Position numbers and translations under genes: made by a program. A stretch of 63,284 nucleotides of DNA, filler included, from Octopus bimaculoides (Eukaryota): NCBI RefSeq assembly GCF_001194135.2. It is 4 parts of 3 records of this genome, joined end to end, with 100 filler letters (N's around TTAATTAATTAA, not from the genome) between each part and the next. Parts side by side here need not be neighbours in the genome. Positions count along the whole stretch, not along the records: positions 31,954 to 53,407 come from NC_068981.1; 3 more parts are not named here. One strand, written 5' to 3'. This document shows, one piece after another, positions 37,496 to 47,918 of this stretch; position 1 is the first letter of the stretch, and the number at the start of each line of letters is the position of its first letter. The notes under the pieces are model-generated. The model worked only from the letters and a program-made list of their open reading frames with translations, did not search any database and was not told the origin of the DNA.

Positions 37496-37884
37496 TATTT
37501 GTGTGTGTCAAAAATATAAGAAACAGAGATAGATAAAAAAAAATGTATAAAGGGCACAGATACAAACAACAAAGGAAGCGAACCCCTATACATACACAAA
37601 CACACAGTAACTTCACAGACACTATCAACAACGCGACCAACAATGACAGCAACAACAGTGGCAACAACAACTACCGCGATGGCAACTGCGTGGGCGAACA
37701 CAAACACAGATACAAGAACGGTACCAAAAGTTGGGGTCAAGGGCAGAAGCAGCGGCAACGGGGGGATGGGACGGTTAAAGTGCTACTAAGAACGAGACGC
37801 ACATACATACATACGCATGCGCATATAAGGATATACATCATTGAAGAACAGAATCAGATACATTGCGGAACTGTTATTTAACGA

Positions 37885-38030
37885 GTTAAATATCTATGTG
37901 TCTATCACGCGAAGAGACATCTGCACCGTCGGATGCTCCTGAACCAGTTAAGTATCCCACTCGTGAGGGATCGATGCTAGATGCGTCAAAACAATTGAAG
38001 TGATGAATAAATATCTCCTATCTTCCATCT
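37885..38030 (+). mobile_element. Short repeat carrying a decayed hammerhead-like motif (same family as 56850-56970)
   Basis: gacatctgcacc..ggatgctcctgaaccag...gatgctagatg..gtcaaaacaattg is shared with the reverse complement of 56861-56966. Confidence 0.65.
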
Positions 38031-38043
38031 TTCATTTACCATA

Positions 38044-38930
38044 CGTGGTCTAATCAATAAGTATCCGGACTGTTGCCATAGCAACGAAGCTAAAGCACCC
38101 AGAGTAAAGCCGCTTGACACAGATTGACCTTAAGCTCTGCTGTGTATGCGCAGTAAGTTTTAACGTTCTAGCTCACTTCTGATATTTACAGCAGTGCTTG
38201 GAAGGAAAGTGTGTACCCTGTGATCGGCGCATTGAATATGAGAAAGTTGAGCAGAGAATCTACATCAAATCTTGCCAAAAGCTTGATTATACCTGCTCAG
38301 AGGCCTACGCAAAATTTTCAAATAGTTTTCAACGTTCTCGACACAATTAGGGAGTTCTTGTGCAATTGAAACTCGAGTGTCTTTTTGGTCAGCTGAAAGC
38401 AGCTTAGGCACAAACTTGGCAGACACGCCTCTTATACCCAAATCTTCAGTGATAATGGAATGAACTGAAGCGTAACTAATCTGCGCATCCTCTAATAATT
38501 CACGGATGGTGATTCGACGATTCCCCTCACAGCTGCACGCACATCTGCGAGGTTTTTCTCAGATCTGCTGGTTGCGAGTCTCCCAGAACTTTCGTCAATA
38601 TCGACATTTTTTCAGTCATCTTAGAAACGTCTGAACTACTCGGATACTTGTGTGCAGCTCATACACTCCTCTCCATATACTTTCTGCACCTTTACGCAGG
38701 CCTCCGAGCAGGTATCGCCTGACAACTTTCTCTGCCTTGATCAATGCAACGAGCACACGCTACACTTTCCTTCCAAGCACTACTGTTGACTGCGGCAGTG
38801 AACTAGTGCGTTAAAACTTAGCGCGCATGCACAGCAGAGTTTAAGGTCAATCTTTGCCAAGCAGCTTCACTCTGCGTGCTTTAGCTTCGTTACTATTGCA
38901 ACAGTCTGGATACTTATTGATCAAATTTCG
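38044..38930. mobile_element. Foldback mariner made of two inverted 5' ends
   Basis: TA|cgtggtctaatcaataagtatccggac... on the left; ...gtctggatacttattgatcaaatttcg on the right, with TA at 39190 once the nested MITE is removed. The minus strand encodes DTCSEACVKVQKVYGEECMS...RRITIREL...SAKFVPKLLSADQKDTRV (mariner HTH and WVP-like linker). Confidence 0.88.
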
Positions 38931-39180
38931 GGTAATATTCAAGTTCAGGGGGGTAAAAAAGTAAATAAAAATATTCAAGGGAAATAACTGAACGACTTAC
39001 CAGTATTATCCGTTTTCTTCTAGCGGTTTATAAATAAATCACACCCTAACCCTAACGTCAATCAAATCACGTGTGTGATTTATTTATAAACAGATGTACG
39101 GAGAATACTGGTAAGACGTTCAGTTACTTCCCTTGAATATTTTTATTTATTTTTTTACCCCCCTAAACTTGAAGATTACC
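38931..39180. mobile_element. 250-bp palindromic MITE, GGTAAT...ATTACC, 9-bp TSD caaatttcg
   Basis: TSD at 38922-38930 and 39181-39189 is exact. Arms are near-perfect for ~80 bp and continue to ~110 bp. Central ccctaaccctaac. Merlin- or Mutator-like by TSD length. Confidence 0.9.
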
Positions 39181-39258
39181 CAAATTTCGTATACAGAACG
39201 AACACTGTAAAGGTGACCGTGCTTTACCAGTAAGCTACCAAGTATAAACCAGTCGTTT

Positions 39259-39289
<31 letters not shown>

Positions 39290-39294
<5 letters not shown>

Positions 39295-39560
39295 GTGGGC
39301 TTCCACACAATTTCCGTCAACCAAATTCACTCACAAAGCACTGAATGATCCAGAGCTATAGTAGAAGTCACCTGCCTAAGGTACTGCGCAGTGGAACTGA
39401 ACCCGGAACCGTGATTACAAAGCGCGAGCTTCTTACTCAGTCCAATGCCTTGAACTGGTACTCTGTTTTATCGGCCCAAGAAAGCTGAAGGACAAAGTTG
39501 ACCTCAGCGAGATTCTGAATTCAGGACGTGATGAACGAGGACAAATACTGCAAGACATTA
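39290..39560 (-). mobile_element. Adjacent decayed SINE A 5' module and SINE B fragment
   Basis: gggcttccacacaatttccgtc...gaacccggaacc; then actggtactctgttttatcggccc...aaagttgacctcagcgagattctgaattcagg. Confidence 0.75.
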
Positions 39561-40059
39561 AAATGGATGAATCTTTAGAACGTCTATGATTCATCCATTT
39601 TGATTTCCTGAGAAAGGAGGGGCACATTAGTTGGTCATATTGAAATACGTTCCATCAAAGTAATACAGGATTAAGCAACAACATTAAAGTTACTGTGTTC
39701 GGAGAGTTAATAGGATTTCTCATATAAAAACGCGCTGTGCAAAGTGTTACTATTTGACTGTAGACAGATATAGACATACGACAACAAGAACGTCCGTATA
39801 TGAATGCATCTAGGTGTGTATACTCTATATATGGTACTGGTTTGTTTTTTGTTCGTTTGTTTTTCAGAAAGAACATTAAGAAATTAGTGTTTTTTAATAA
39901 GTTTCATGTAATGTAACTGATAGTTCAAGAGAGAACAGCTTCGGATTACCAGCTGAATGATCGGAAAAGTGCAACTCGAAGTACTAAAATTATGAACCTT
40001 TTCAGTTATATCTTCAAGAATATTCTACAGCTATACATTGAATGATCCAGTAATTTATT

Positions 40060-41155
40060 CCTTCTCAGTGATTCAGTACACATCCAATAACCCAAAATAC
40101 CCACCCAAACTTAGATATGTTAAACTATCTCCCGAAAACAGTCAACAAAAATGCTTTGATAGTATCTTTCAACGTAGTGAATCCCGAGTCAAACATCCCT
40201 CACGACTTAGGAATTGAGGCCATTAAATTCTGGTTGGATAATTATGCAGGTGAACTTCCCTAATGCATGAAAAAATTTTCTAATAGGATTAAAATTTATT
40301 ATAGAAAATAATTACTGAAATTGCAATGGGAATGAACACAGCTTTTCCCACTCCCACACTTAGCGAATCTAGTTATGGGCTATCTAGGGATTTACATTAT
40401 ACAAAAATTACTAAGAAAATAGGGAAACTCTTTTTTCATATACATACGAGAAAACTGGAAAAAAAACATCTCGTAGATTGCTTCATTCTATGAAATGAAA
40501 GCGCAGAAAAACTAAAAGAATTTGAAGCAACCCTCAATGGAATTAATGAAGTTATTCAATTCACCACAGAATACAGCCATAACCAACTCCCATTTTCAGG
40601 CATCTTTATAAAGAGAATCAACAACCAAATAGAAACGGTTAACAATAAACCTACGGATTTCAAACAATCATCATCCATTCAACTTACGTCATTCGTGACA
40701 CACCAGAAGAAATGTCCGTTACAACCAAGCCAGAAGGATCTGCACGATATTATCCGCTACAAACATCCGTGACATAAGACTCCAAGAACTGAGAGATACA
40801 CTCCTTGACAGGAATTACCCACCAACCTTAATCGATACGAGAATACAACGAACCAAGATATTTTGTATCCATTAACTGAAACAAACAAAAAGAAATAAAT
40901 CGAAATCCTAGCATACATTTCTGCTTACAATCTCAAAAACAATGAGGCCTACATTATATTCCAAAATATAACGTTACTGAACAAAGACCCCAGGCTGAAC
41001 CAAATCCTCCAAACAAAGAGTAGAACAACCCAAATCAATGAAAAAATACTAACAAAGGCCTAACTTCACACAATGACAGCAGGACCAATAATAAAAAATA
41101 TAGAAGGCCCAACTGTGGTATACGTTTTAATCTGACAGAAGGACCAGGGAACCGT
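40060..41155 (+). pseudogene. Penelope-like element RT and start of GIY-YIG region, decayed
   Basis: LIVSFNVVNPESNIPHDLGIEAIKFWLD, IAMG...LANLVMGYL, IQFTTEYSHNQLPF, KPTDFKQ, NQARRICTI, LDRNYPPTLID, RPNCG: motifs in the order expected for a PLE RT. Confidence 0.85.
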
Positions 41156-41159
41156 TTCA

Positions 41160-41497
41160 AACAAGCCCCCCCCCCTCACAAAAGTTTCGGGCCTTGTGCC
41201 TAGAGTAGAAAAATAAATATTTGGCAGCGAGCTGGCAGGGGAGGGTGGTGAACCCTGCTGTACTCTTTCACCACAACTTTCTCTCGCTCTTACTTCCTGC
41301 TTCTGTTGTGCCTGTAATTCAAAGGGTCAGCCTTGTCACACTCTGTCACGCTGAATATCCCCGAGAACTACGTTAAGGGTACACGTGTCTGTGGAGTGCT
41401 CAGCCACTTGCATGTTAATGTCACGAGCAGGCTGTTCCGTTGATCGGATCAACTGGAACCCTCGACGTCGTAAGCGACGGAGTACCAACAACAACAA
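41160..41497 (+). mobile_element. SINE B tail followed by a chimeric SINE (B head fused to C body and tail type 2)
   Basis: gggccttgtgcctagagtagaaaa; then ggcagcgagctggcag|gggagggtggtgaaccctgctgtactc...gacggagtaccaacaac. Confidence 0.85.
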
Positions 41498-42151
41498 ACA
41501 GCTATAGACAACGGAGAGAGTCTAATATTCATGAATGCTTGCTCAGTTGCCCATGCTGAAGGTTTGGCTTTCGGAGGACGATTTACTCAGAGCTAAAAGG
41601 ACGTTTCAATACAGTGATCTAACAAGATTATGTCTCGTACAGTTCTGATCGGATCTGTATGTTACTTAAGACATTTAGATTGGTCTGTCTGGACATGGTT
41701 AAGTGAAATTCTATAAATATTCCACGATGAAGTATCTAATATTTTGTTACGTCTTCTGAGATTTAGTTCTAAAGGTATTTCAACTTTTCTAAAAGTATCC
41801 AGTTCTAAAAATAACTGAACTGTTCTTGTCAAAATAAACACAATATTACTGTTTCCTTCTGTCAGCAACACAAATAAATAGTTTCAAAGTATTTCATACT
41901 TTCCTATAAATATAAGTGACATATCAATAATTCTGTTTTGTATGTATGTACTGCGTGTACAGGGATTATATGTTTCCGTCAGATTTTCTAAATATGTCGG
42001 AAAATGTGTTTAAATTATCTAGAAATTCGTTCTGTCCCTGAAATAAACAGCCGAACGTTATTCTTGTAAATCTAAGAAAAATGTTCAGTGAAATCGTAAA
42101 AGCAAGTGAATTATTGTTTTTCAAATCCTCGCTAAGTAAAGATGTTATATA

Positions 42152-42351
42152 CCGTATTTAACGGTATAAAAAAAAATAAACGCACAGGCAAATTAGACGC
42201 ACCCTAATTTCAGCAGTGCATATTCAAGCAAAAGTGAGTGTCTGGTACAACATTAGCTTATAGGAAGCCCAACGTCGCTCATAGGACCCGGGGTAATCTT
42301 TTGAGACATCTTTTGCGATAAAAAGTGTGTCGTATATGCCATCAAATACGC
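42152..42351. mobile_element. Tc2/pogo-like MITE with TA TSD
   Basis: TA|ccgtatttaacggtata...gacgcacc and gtgtgtcgtatatgccatcaaatacgc|TA form imperfect TIRs of the CCGTATTT class. Confidence 0.65.
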
Positions 42352-43418
42352 TAGAGTACAGAATGAGATATATTGTGTAGCGATTAAAATGCAGAAGAAA
42401 TAGAAAAAATCTTTAAATTGACTTAGAAAGAAATTCAGATATTTTTAAAGCTGGTAGCAAATACTTTGTGTCTTTGTTGTCACTGTTGCTTTCATTATAC
42501 AAACTGAACACTTTATGGAGATCCTACAAGTTAAATAAACTTTTTACACTGAGTCGACATTTATTTTTTTCCTTGTTAAAATTGTTTCGTTATTGTTGAA
42601 AAGAATGGTTGTTATAGAGTTATATGTATTTTATAAAAATTTTCTTATCGAATTTCCTATCTTTGGTGTCAGTAGACGAACTTTCAATCATTGTTTATTA
42701 TGTCTTTCTGACAATGAGAAATACTTGTCTGAAAAGGGGAAAATCATACAATACAAAACGAAAAAGGAAAAAGCAACTTATAGTGGAGACTATCCTTTCA
42801 TTCTTGTCACAATATAACTAAATTGTCTAGATAGATGTGTACATATATCTAGATATACGTATATTACTCACACACACAGACGTATATATATATATTCGGC
42901 TTACCTTGAGAATTTGGTTAGCTTTCATCAATGTACTCCGATGGTAAATATGGCGTGATTGGGTAGTAAACTTATCGTTTGCTTCTTATCATTTGAATAA
43001 AAGCAGATGAGAACCGAAAATTATCAAAGCATAGACGAGCGCAATGGTGGAAAGAGAAATGAGAGATTTCAAAAACAAAAATACAATGAAAAATAATAAG
43101 AAAAAGAGAGAAAATGTGGAATAAGAAAGAATATGACGCCACTGGAGATTACAAATTAGATATATAGACAGACCGATAGACAGATGCAGTTAGATATAAA
43201 TACATAGGGATAGAGACAAGCAAAAAGACACGACCAGATATATAGGCATAAATTCGTAGATAAATGTTTAACACAAAAGGGACAATACAAAAGAGAAAAC
43301 TAATTCGATCGCCCACTAGTTATTAGATAACTTGGAAATGAATTTAGTGACTACATTCCTACAATAGTAAACTTATAGTTATATATAGAATTACTGCTTA
43401 ACAGTAACTTGTTTAATG

Positions 43419-43486
<68 letters not shown>

Positions 43487-43569
43487 TTTTTAATAATAGT
43501 TCCCTCTAACCGCTAACAATCCTAAATACTGCACGCACCACCCTAGATTGTCTCCTATTGATTTATTGG

Positions 43570-43683
43570 TGAGCTAACAGAATCGTTAGAAAAAAGTGTT
43601 TGCTCCGGTTTCTAAGATTCTGAGTTCAAGTGAGGTCAACTTTGCTTTTTTTCTCCCTTCGATAAATGAAAATTATCAGTCAA
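43570..43683 (+). mobile_element. SINE B, decayed, running into a gap
   Basis: gagctaacagaatcgttag...ttctgagttcaagtgaggtcaactttgc. Confidence 0.7.
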
Positions 43684-44466
43684 NNNNNNNNNNNNNNNNN
43701 NNNNNNNNNNNNNNNNNNNNNNNNNNNNNNNNNNNNNNNNNNNNNNNNNNNNNNNNNNNNNNNNNNNNNNNNNNNNNNNNNNNNNNNNNNNNNNNNNNNN
43801 NNNNNNNNNNNNNNNNNNNNNNNNNNNNNNNNNNNNNNNNNNNNNNNNNNNNNNNNNNNNNNNNNNNNNNNNNNNNNNNNNNNNNNNNNNNNNNNNNNNN
43901 NNNNNNNNNNNNNNNNNNNNNNNNNNNNNNNNNNNNNNNNNNNNNNNNNNNNNNNNNNNNNNNNNNNNNNNNNNNNNNNNNNNNNNNNNNNNNNNNNNNN
44001 NNNNNNNNNNNNNNNNNNNNNNNNNNNNNNNNNNNNNNNNNNNNNNNNNNNNNNNNNNNNNNNNNNNNNNNNNNNNNNNNNNNNNNNNNNNNNNNNNNNN
44101 NNNNNNNNNNNNNNNNNNNNNNNNNNNNNNNNNNNNNNNNNNNNNNNNNNNNNNNNNNNNNNNNNNNNNNNNNNNNNNNNNNNNNNNNNNNNNNNNNNNN
44201 NNNNNNNNNNNNNNNNNNNNNNNNNNNNNNNNNNNNNNNNNNNNNNNNNNNNNNNNNNNNNNNNNNNNNNNNNNNNNNNNNNNNNNNNNNNNNNNNNNNN
44301 NNNNNNNNNNNNNNNNNNNNNNNNNNNNNNNNNNNNNNNNNNNNNNNNNNNNNNNNNNNNNNNNNNNNNNNNNNNNNNNNNNNNNNNNNNNNNNNNNNNN
44401 NNNNNNNNNNNNNNNNNNNNNNNNNNNNNNNNNNNNNNNNNNNNNNNNNNNNNNNNNNNNNNNNNN

Positions 44467-44502
<36 letters not shown>

Positions 44503-44508
<6 letters not shown>

Positions 44509-44655
44509 AAATCGAAATTGCCTGTACAGGTGCACGGCGTGCAATACGTCAGATGTCGAAGTGATTGCAAAGTAACGTGAGATGAAGTGTTTTGCTCAAG
44601 AAAGCACAAAGCAACGATCGGGCTGAGAATCGAAACCACAATCGCAAGTTCAACA
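44503..44655 (-). mobile_element. V-like SINE head/body variant
   Basis: Reverse complement gtggtttcgattctcagcc...cttgagcaaaacacttcatctcacg (B box plus ttgagcaa.acactt). Confidence 0.6.
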
Positions 44656-45059
44656 CGATATTATTTTTTAATGAAATATTGTATTCTATATATTAGAATT
44701 TTCAAAAAATATCAGAGATAATAAAATATCCCAATTATTTTACGATGCAATCAAACACTGTCTACATAATTAAGAATTAGCGATTTTATATAAGAAAGGC
44801 ATCTTCGCTACCTCCTATTCCCAAGTCCAAATTGTAGAGGAGACAATAATACTTCTCTTTCACCAATTCTAAGTTAATTTTAGTCTAACATCCCAACAGA
44901 GTAGATAATATAAATATCGGTACTATATTATGATAAATTCAATTCATTTTACAACTCTTACACACAAAAAAATAATCAATATTAGGGAGACGGCTACAGC
45001 TTTCACAACAGGCATTTTAAAATCAGCCATGTTTCTGACTAAGTTTTATATGATTTTGA

Positions 45060-45330
45060 TTCAACGGTGGTCAAAAGTTTCCTGAGCAGCGCCAAATGAA
45101 AATAATCGATAAAGTGACGTGTTATAGATTTTGGCAATAATTCGAGTACGGCTGAAGCTGAAGCAAACGTGTTTGTGTGAAAACTTTTCAGACGGTGATT
45201 GCGATGAGGTAAGCCGTAGAAACTAGAAATTCAACGAGTCATCACCGAAGATTTCTACGTTATATAGAGCAGCTGATGCCAAATAAACCAGGTAGAACCT
45301 TTCCGTCACTAGATTACATCTAGAAGAGAA
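45060..45330 (+). pseudogene. Possible mariner 5' remnant
   Basis: ggtggtcaaaagtttcctg (TIR-like), then RVIDFGNNSSTAEAEANV and FSDGD, weakly like a mariner N-terminus. Confidence 0.35.
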
Positions 45331-45460
45331 GGGCGAATAGGACAAAACATTCTGCAATTTGTATTGCTCCCCACTGTTTGTTAACTGTCAGGCAGACACA
45401 GTGGGAGAGAAGGCTGTACCTTCGAATTACAGGCACAGTCCACGCGACAAACAACTAGAC

Positions 45461-45842
45461 GTGACTGTGTGGAAAGAAGCTTGCTTCCCAACTACATGGT
45501 TCCGGGTTCAGTCCCACTGCGTGGCACCTTGGGCAAGTGTCTTCTACTATTGCTTCGGGCCAACCAATGCCTATGAGTGGATTTGGTAGGCAGAAACTGA
45601 AAGAAACCTGTCGTGTTATGTGTGTGCCTTTGTGTCTGCATTTGTCCCCCACCACCGCTTGACAACCGGTGTTGGTGTGTTTACGTCCCGTAAATTAGCG
45701 GCTCGGCAAAGGTACCGATAGAATAAGTAACTAGCGTAAAAAATAAAGTACTGGGGTTGGTTCATTCAACTTAAAATTCTTCAAGGTGGTGCTCCAGCAT
45801 GGCTGCAGTTTAATGACTGAAACAAGTAGAAGATCAAAAATA
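45461..45842 (+). mobile_element. SINE A, compact copy with an unexpanded internal microsatellite
   Basis: 5' and 3' modules joined by only gtcgtgttatgtgtgtgcctttgtgtctg. Confidence 0.9.
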
Positions 45843-45850
45843 AAGATTAT

Positions 45851-45988
45851 ATTCTTTTCTACTCTAGGCACAAGATCCGGAATTTTGGGGAAGGGGGCCA
45901 GTCGATTAGATCGACCCCAATGCGCAACTGGTACTTAATTTATCGACCCCTGAAAGGATGAAAGGCACGGTCGACCTCGGCGGAATTT
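45851..45988 (-). mobile_element. SINE B 3' half
   Basis: tctactctaggcacaag...gacctcggcggaattt. Confidence 0.9.
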
Positions 45989-46112
45989 TTTCATTTTTAT
46001 ATAACTTTCATCTCATTTACATTCGTTTTATGTTTTTTGTCCCCACTGTGGTCTTGTCTGTCCTTGTGATGTCTCCATCTATGTTTAGGGCTTTATGCCT
46101 AATAAAGAAATC
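45989..46112 (+). mobile_element. Orphan T-type 3' tail
   Basis: ttgtctgtccttgtgatgtctccatctatgtttagggc...aataaagaaatc; similar to 47830-47918 and 48045-48104. Confidence 0.7.
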
Positions 46113-46252
46113 AGTATTTCGTCTGTCTCTACGTTAGTTCAAATTCCGCCGAGGTCGACTTTGCCTTTCATCCTTTCAGGGTCGATAAATTGAGATCTAA
46201 TCGTTTGGCCCACTCCCCAAAGAATTCAGGCCTTGTGCCTAGAGTAGAAAAG
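46113..46252 (+). mobile_element. SINE B 3' part starting at the gtatttcgtctg site
   Basis: agtatttcgtctgtctctacg...ggccttgtgcctagagtagaaaag. Confidence 0.9.
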
Positions 46253-46330
46253 TATATATTTATTTATTCAGGACGGTGAGCTAGCAGAAACGTTAACACG
46301 CCGTGCGAAATGCTCAGCGGTATCCCGTCT

Positions 46331-47918
46331 CTGTGAAGTTAATACATGGGGATTTTGAATAGATTTTGTGCTGCTCTGCAGTGGTTTGGGTGTTTACGTG
46401 TGTAGTTTGTTTGAGCTTTCTTCTCTCGTAAGAGAAGAGACAGCTGGTTGAAGAATGTCTGAAGACAGTTATAGTTACTCAGACATGTCATCGTCCGAGG
46501 AGAGGTTGCTGGAGGCAGTTAAGACAACAGACTAGAAACTGATGAAAGAGAAGCGGAATTTTGCTGATGTAGCAAGGTGTAAGGAAACAGAAGTGGATAT
46601 CAGGGAATTCGGAAGACACAAAGAAGAAATGAACCGAGATGGGTTTGAAGTGAAGCTGTCGCCCCCGCAAGAGGTTAAAAACGGAATAAGGGAAAAGACG
46701 ATACTCTATCGAGCCTTTTCGCTAAATAAAGGAAGAATAGACGTCGCCACGACAGAACAAATAGAAAAGACGTTTTAGCAGATTTTGGAAGACATAATAT
46801 ACTTGACTAGAGGTTCAACATTTGGAACAGTAGAAATGAGGGTTCGTAATGCAGCAGCAGCAAGGAAACATGCAGCGTCGACAATTCGGAGCGAAGAAGT
46901 GGTGCTGTTGCCCACGTATAGAGGCATGAGAGCAACAAGGGTCACAGTTGAAGGAATCCCACCGGAGATTGATGTGACCTGAGTGGCAGATGCGGTCCTC
47001 TTTGGTAATGAGGACAATATAATGGTGCTCCAGGCCAAGAAAAAAGAGTGCGTCAACTGGAGATGTCAATCACTGGAGATGATAGTCCAAGGTTCAAAAG
47101 AAATGATGGAAAAGATTACGGAAACCATAATTATGGAAGAAACAATTATGACTGTCAGGGCGGAAGGAAGAGTTCCACGCTGCTTTAAATGTGGCCTGAA
47201 GGGACACATAAGAGCAGAATGTACATCAAAGCCAAGAAAACAGCGACCAGAAAATACGGAAGAGAAGATAGAAGAGAGCCGCAGAAAGGAAGTAACCGAA
47301 AAAGAAAAGGAAGTAGCGGAAACAGGAAAAAATAAATGGCAAAATGTAACAGCAAAAAAATGAAAAAAGACAAGTGAGCTAAACTGTAACCCACATTCCA
47401 CACCCTCTCAGACCCACCCACTCCCTGCAGACACTAGGCCTATCCATTCCCATCCGACACAAAAACAAGAGACAAACACATACAAAGAAACCCAAAACCC
47501 CTCCTGTTAAGGGATATGGCGGAATGGGACATAAAGTGTATTGGAACTGCGGGGTCTGATAATGTGGAGGAACATCACTTGTGTGTAATACCAGATAAGA
47601 AGCAAGAGGAAAAATTAGAAGAGTATATGGTTGGATTTTGTTTTTGGGAGGTGGACTGCAGCTGGAGTTCATTCCCAGGATTTACTACGTACGATGGGTG
47701 GTCGGAGGAAACGGGTATCGATGTGTTAGAAGGTTCAGGAATTAAAAAGTAGAAAATGAGGCCACTCGTGGGTGGGGCGAGTGGTTCCATTTCCATTTTA
47801 TCATTTTCATGTCTTCATACGTTATAACATTCATTTCTATTTTTTTTATACATGTTTTATGTCCCACGTGTTTTGCTTGTCACCTCTATGCATAGCCCGC
47901 ATGGGTAATAAAGAAACT
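46331..47918 (+). mobile_element. ORF1-only non-LTR retroelement (Tx1/L1-like ORF1; no endonuclease or RT)
   Basis: Bounded by a degenerate 12-bp duplication ggtatcccgtct / ggtatttcttct. Carries a gag-like ORF1, a T-rich 3' region and an aataaagaaa end. Confidence 0.8.
46455..47363 (+). pseudogene. Retroelement ORF1 with CX2CX4HX4C zinc knuckle; one frame with three internal stops
   Basis: Track ORFs 46542, 46785 and 46983 are all in frame with ATG 46455. Motifs LPTYRGMRATRVTVEGIPPEI and VRAEGRVPRCFKCGLKGHIRAEC, followed by a K/E-rich tail. A possible frameshifted extension lies at 47516-47752. Confidence 0.85.

Noticed and set aside
37543-37881. Asn/Gly-rich 112-aa ORF
   Set aside because: Explained by decayed (CAA)n and (CA)n repeats; no splice or homology support.
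39045-39057. Interstitial telomere
   Set aside because: Only two CCCTAA units, and they lie in the MITE loop.
41590-41652. Further hammerhead-like traces (also about 17120-17155 and 60885-60920)
   Set aside because: Core nucleotides and stem I pairing are both broken; not distinguishable from chance without a family consensus.
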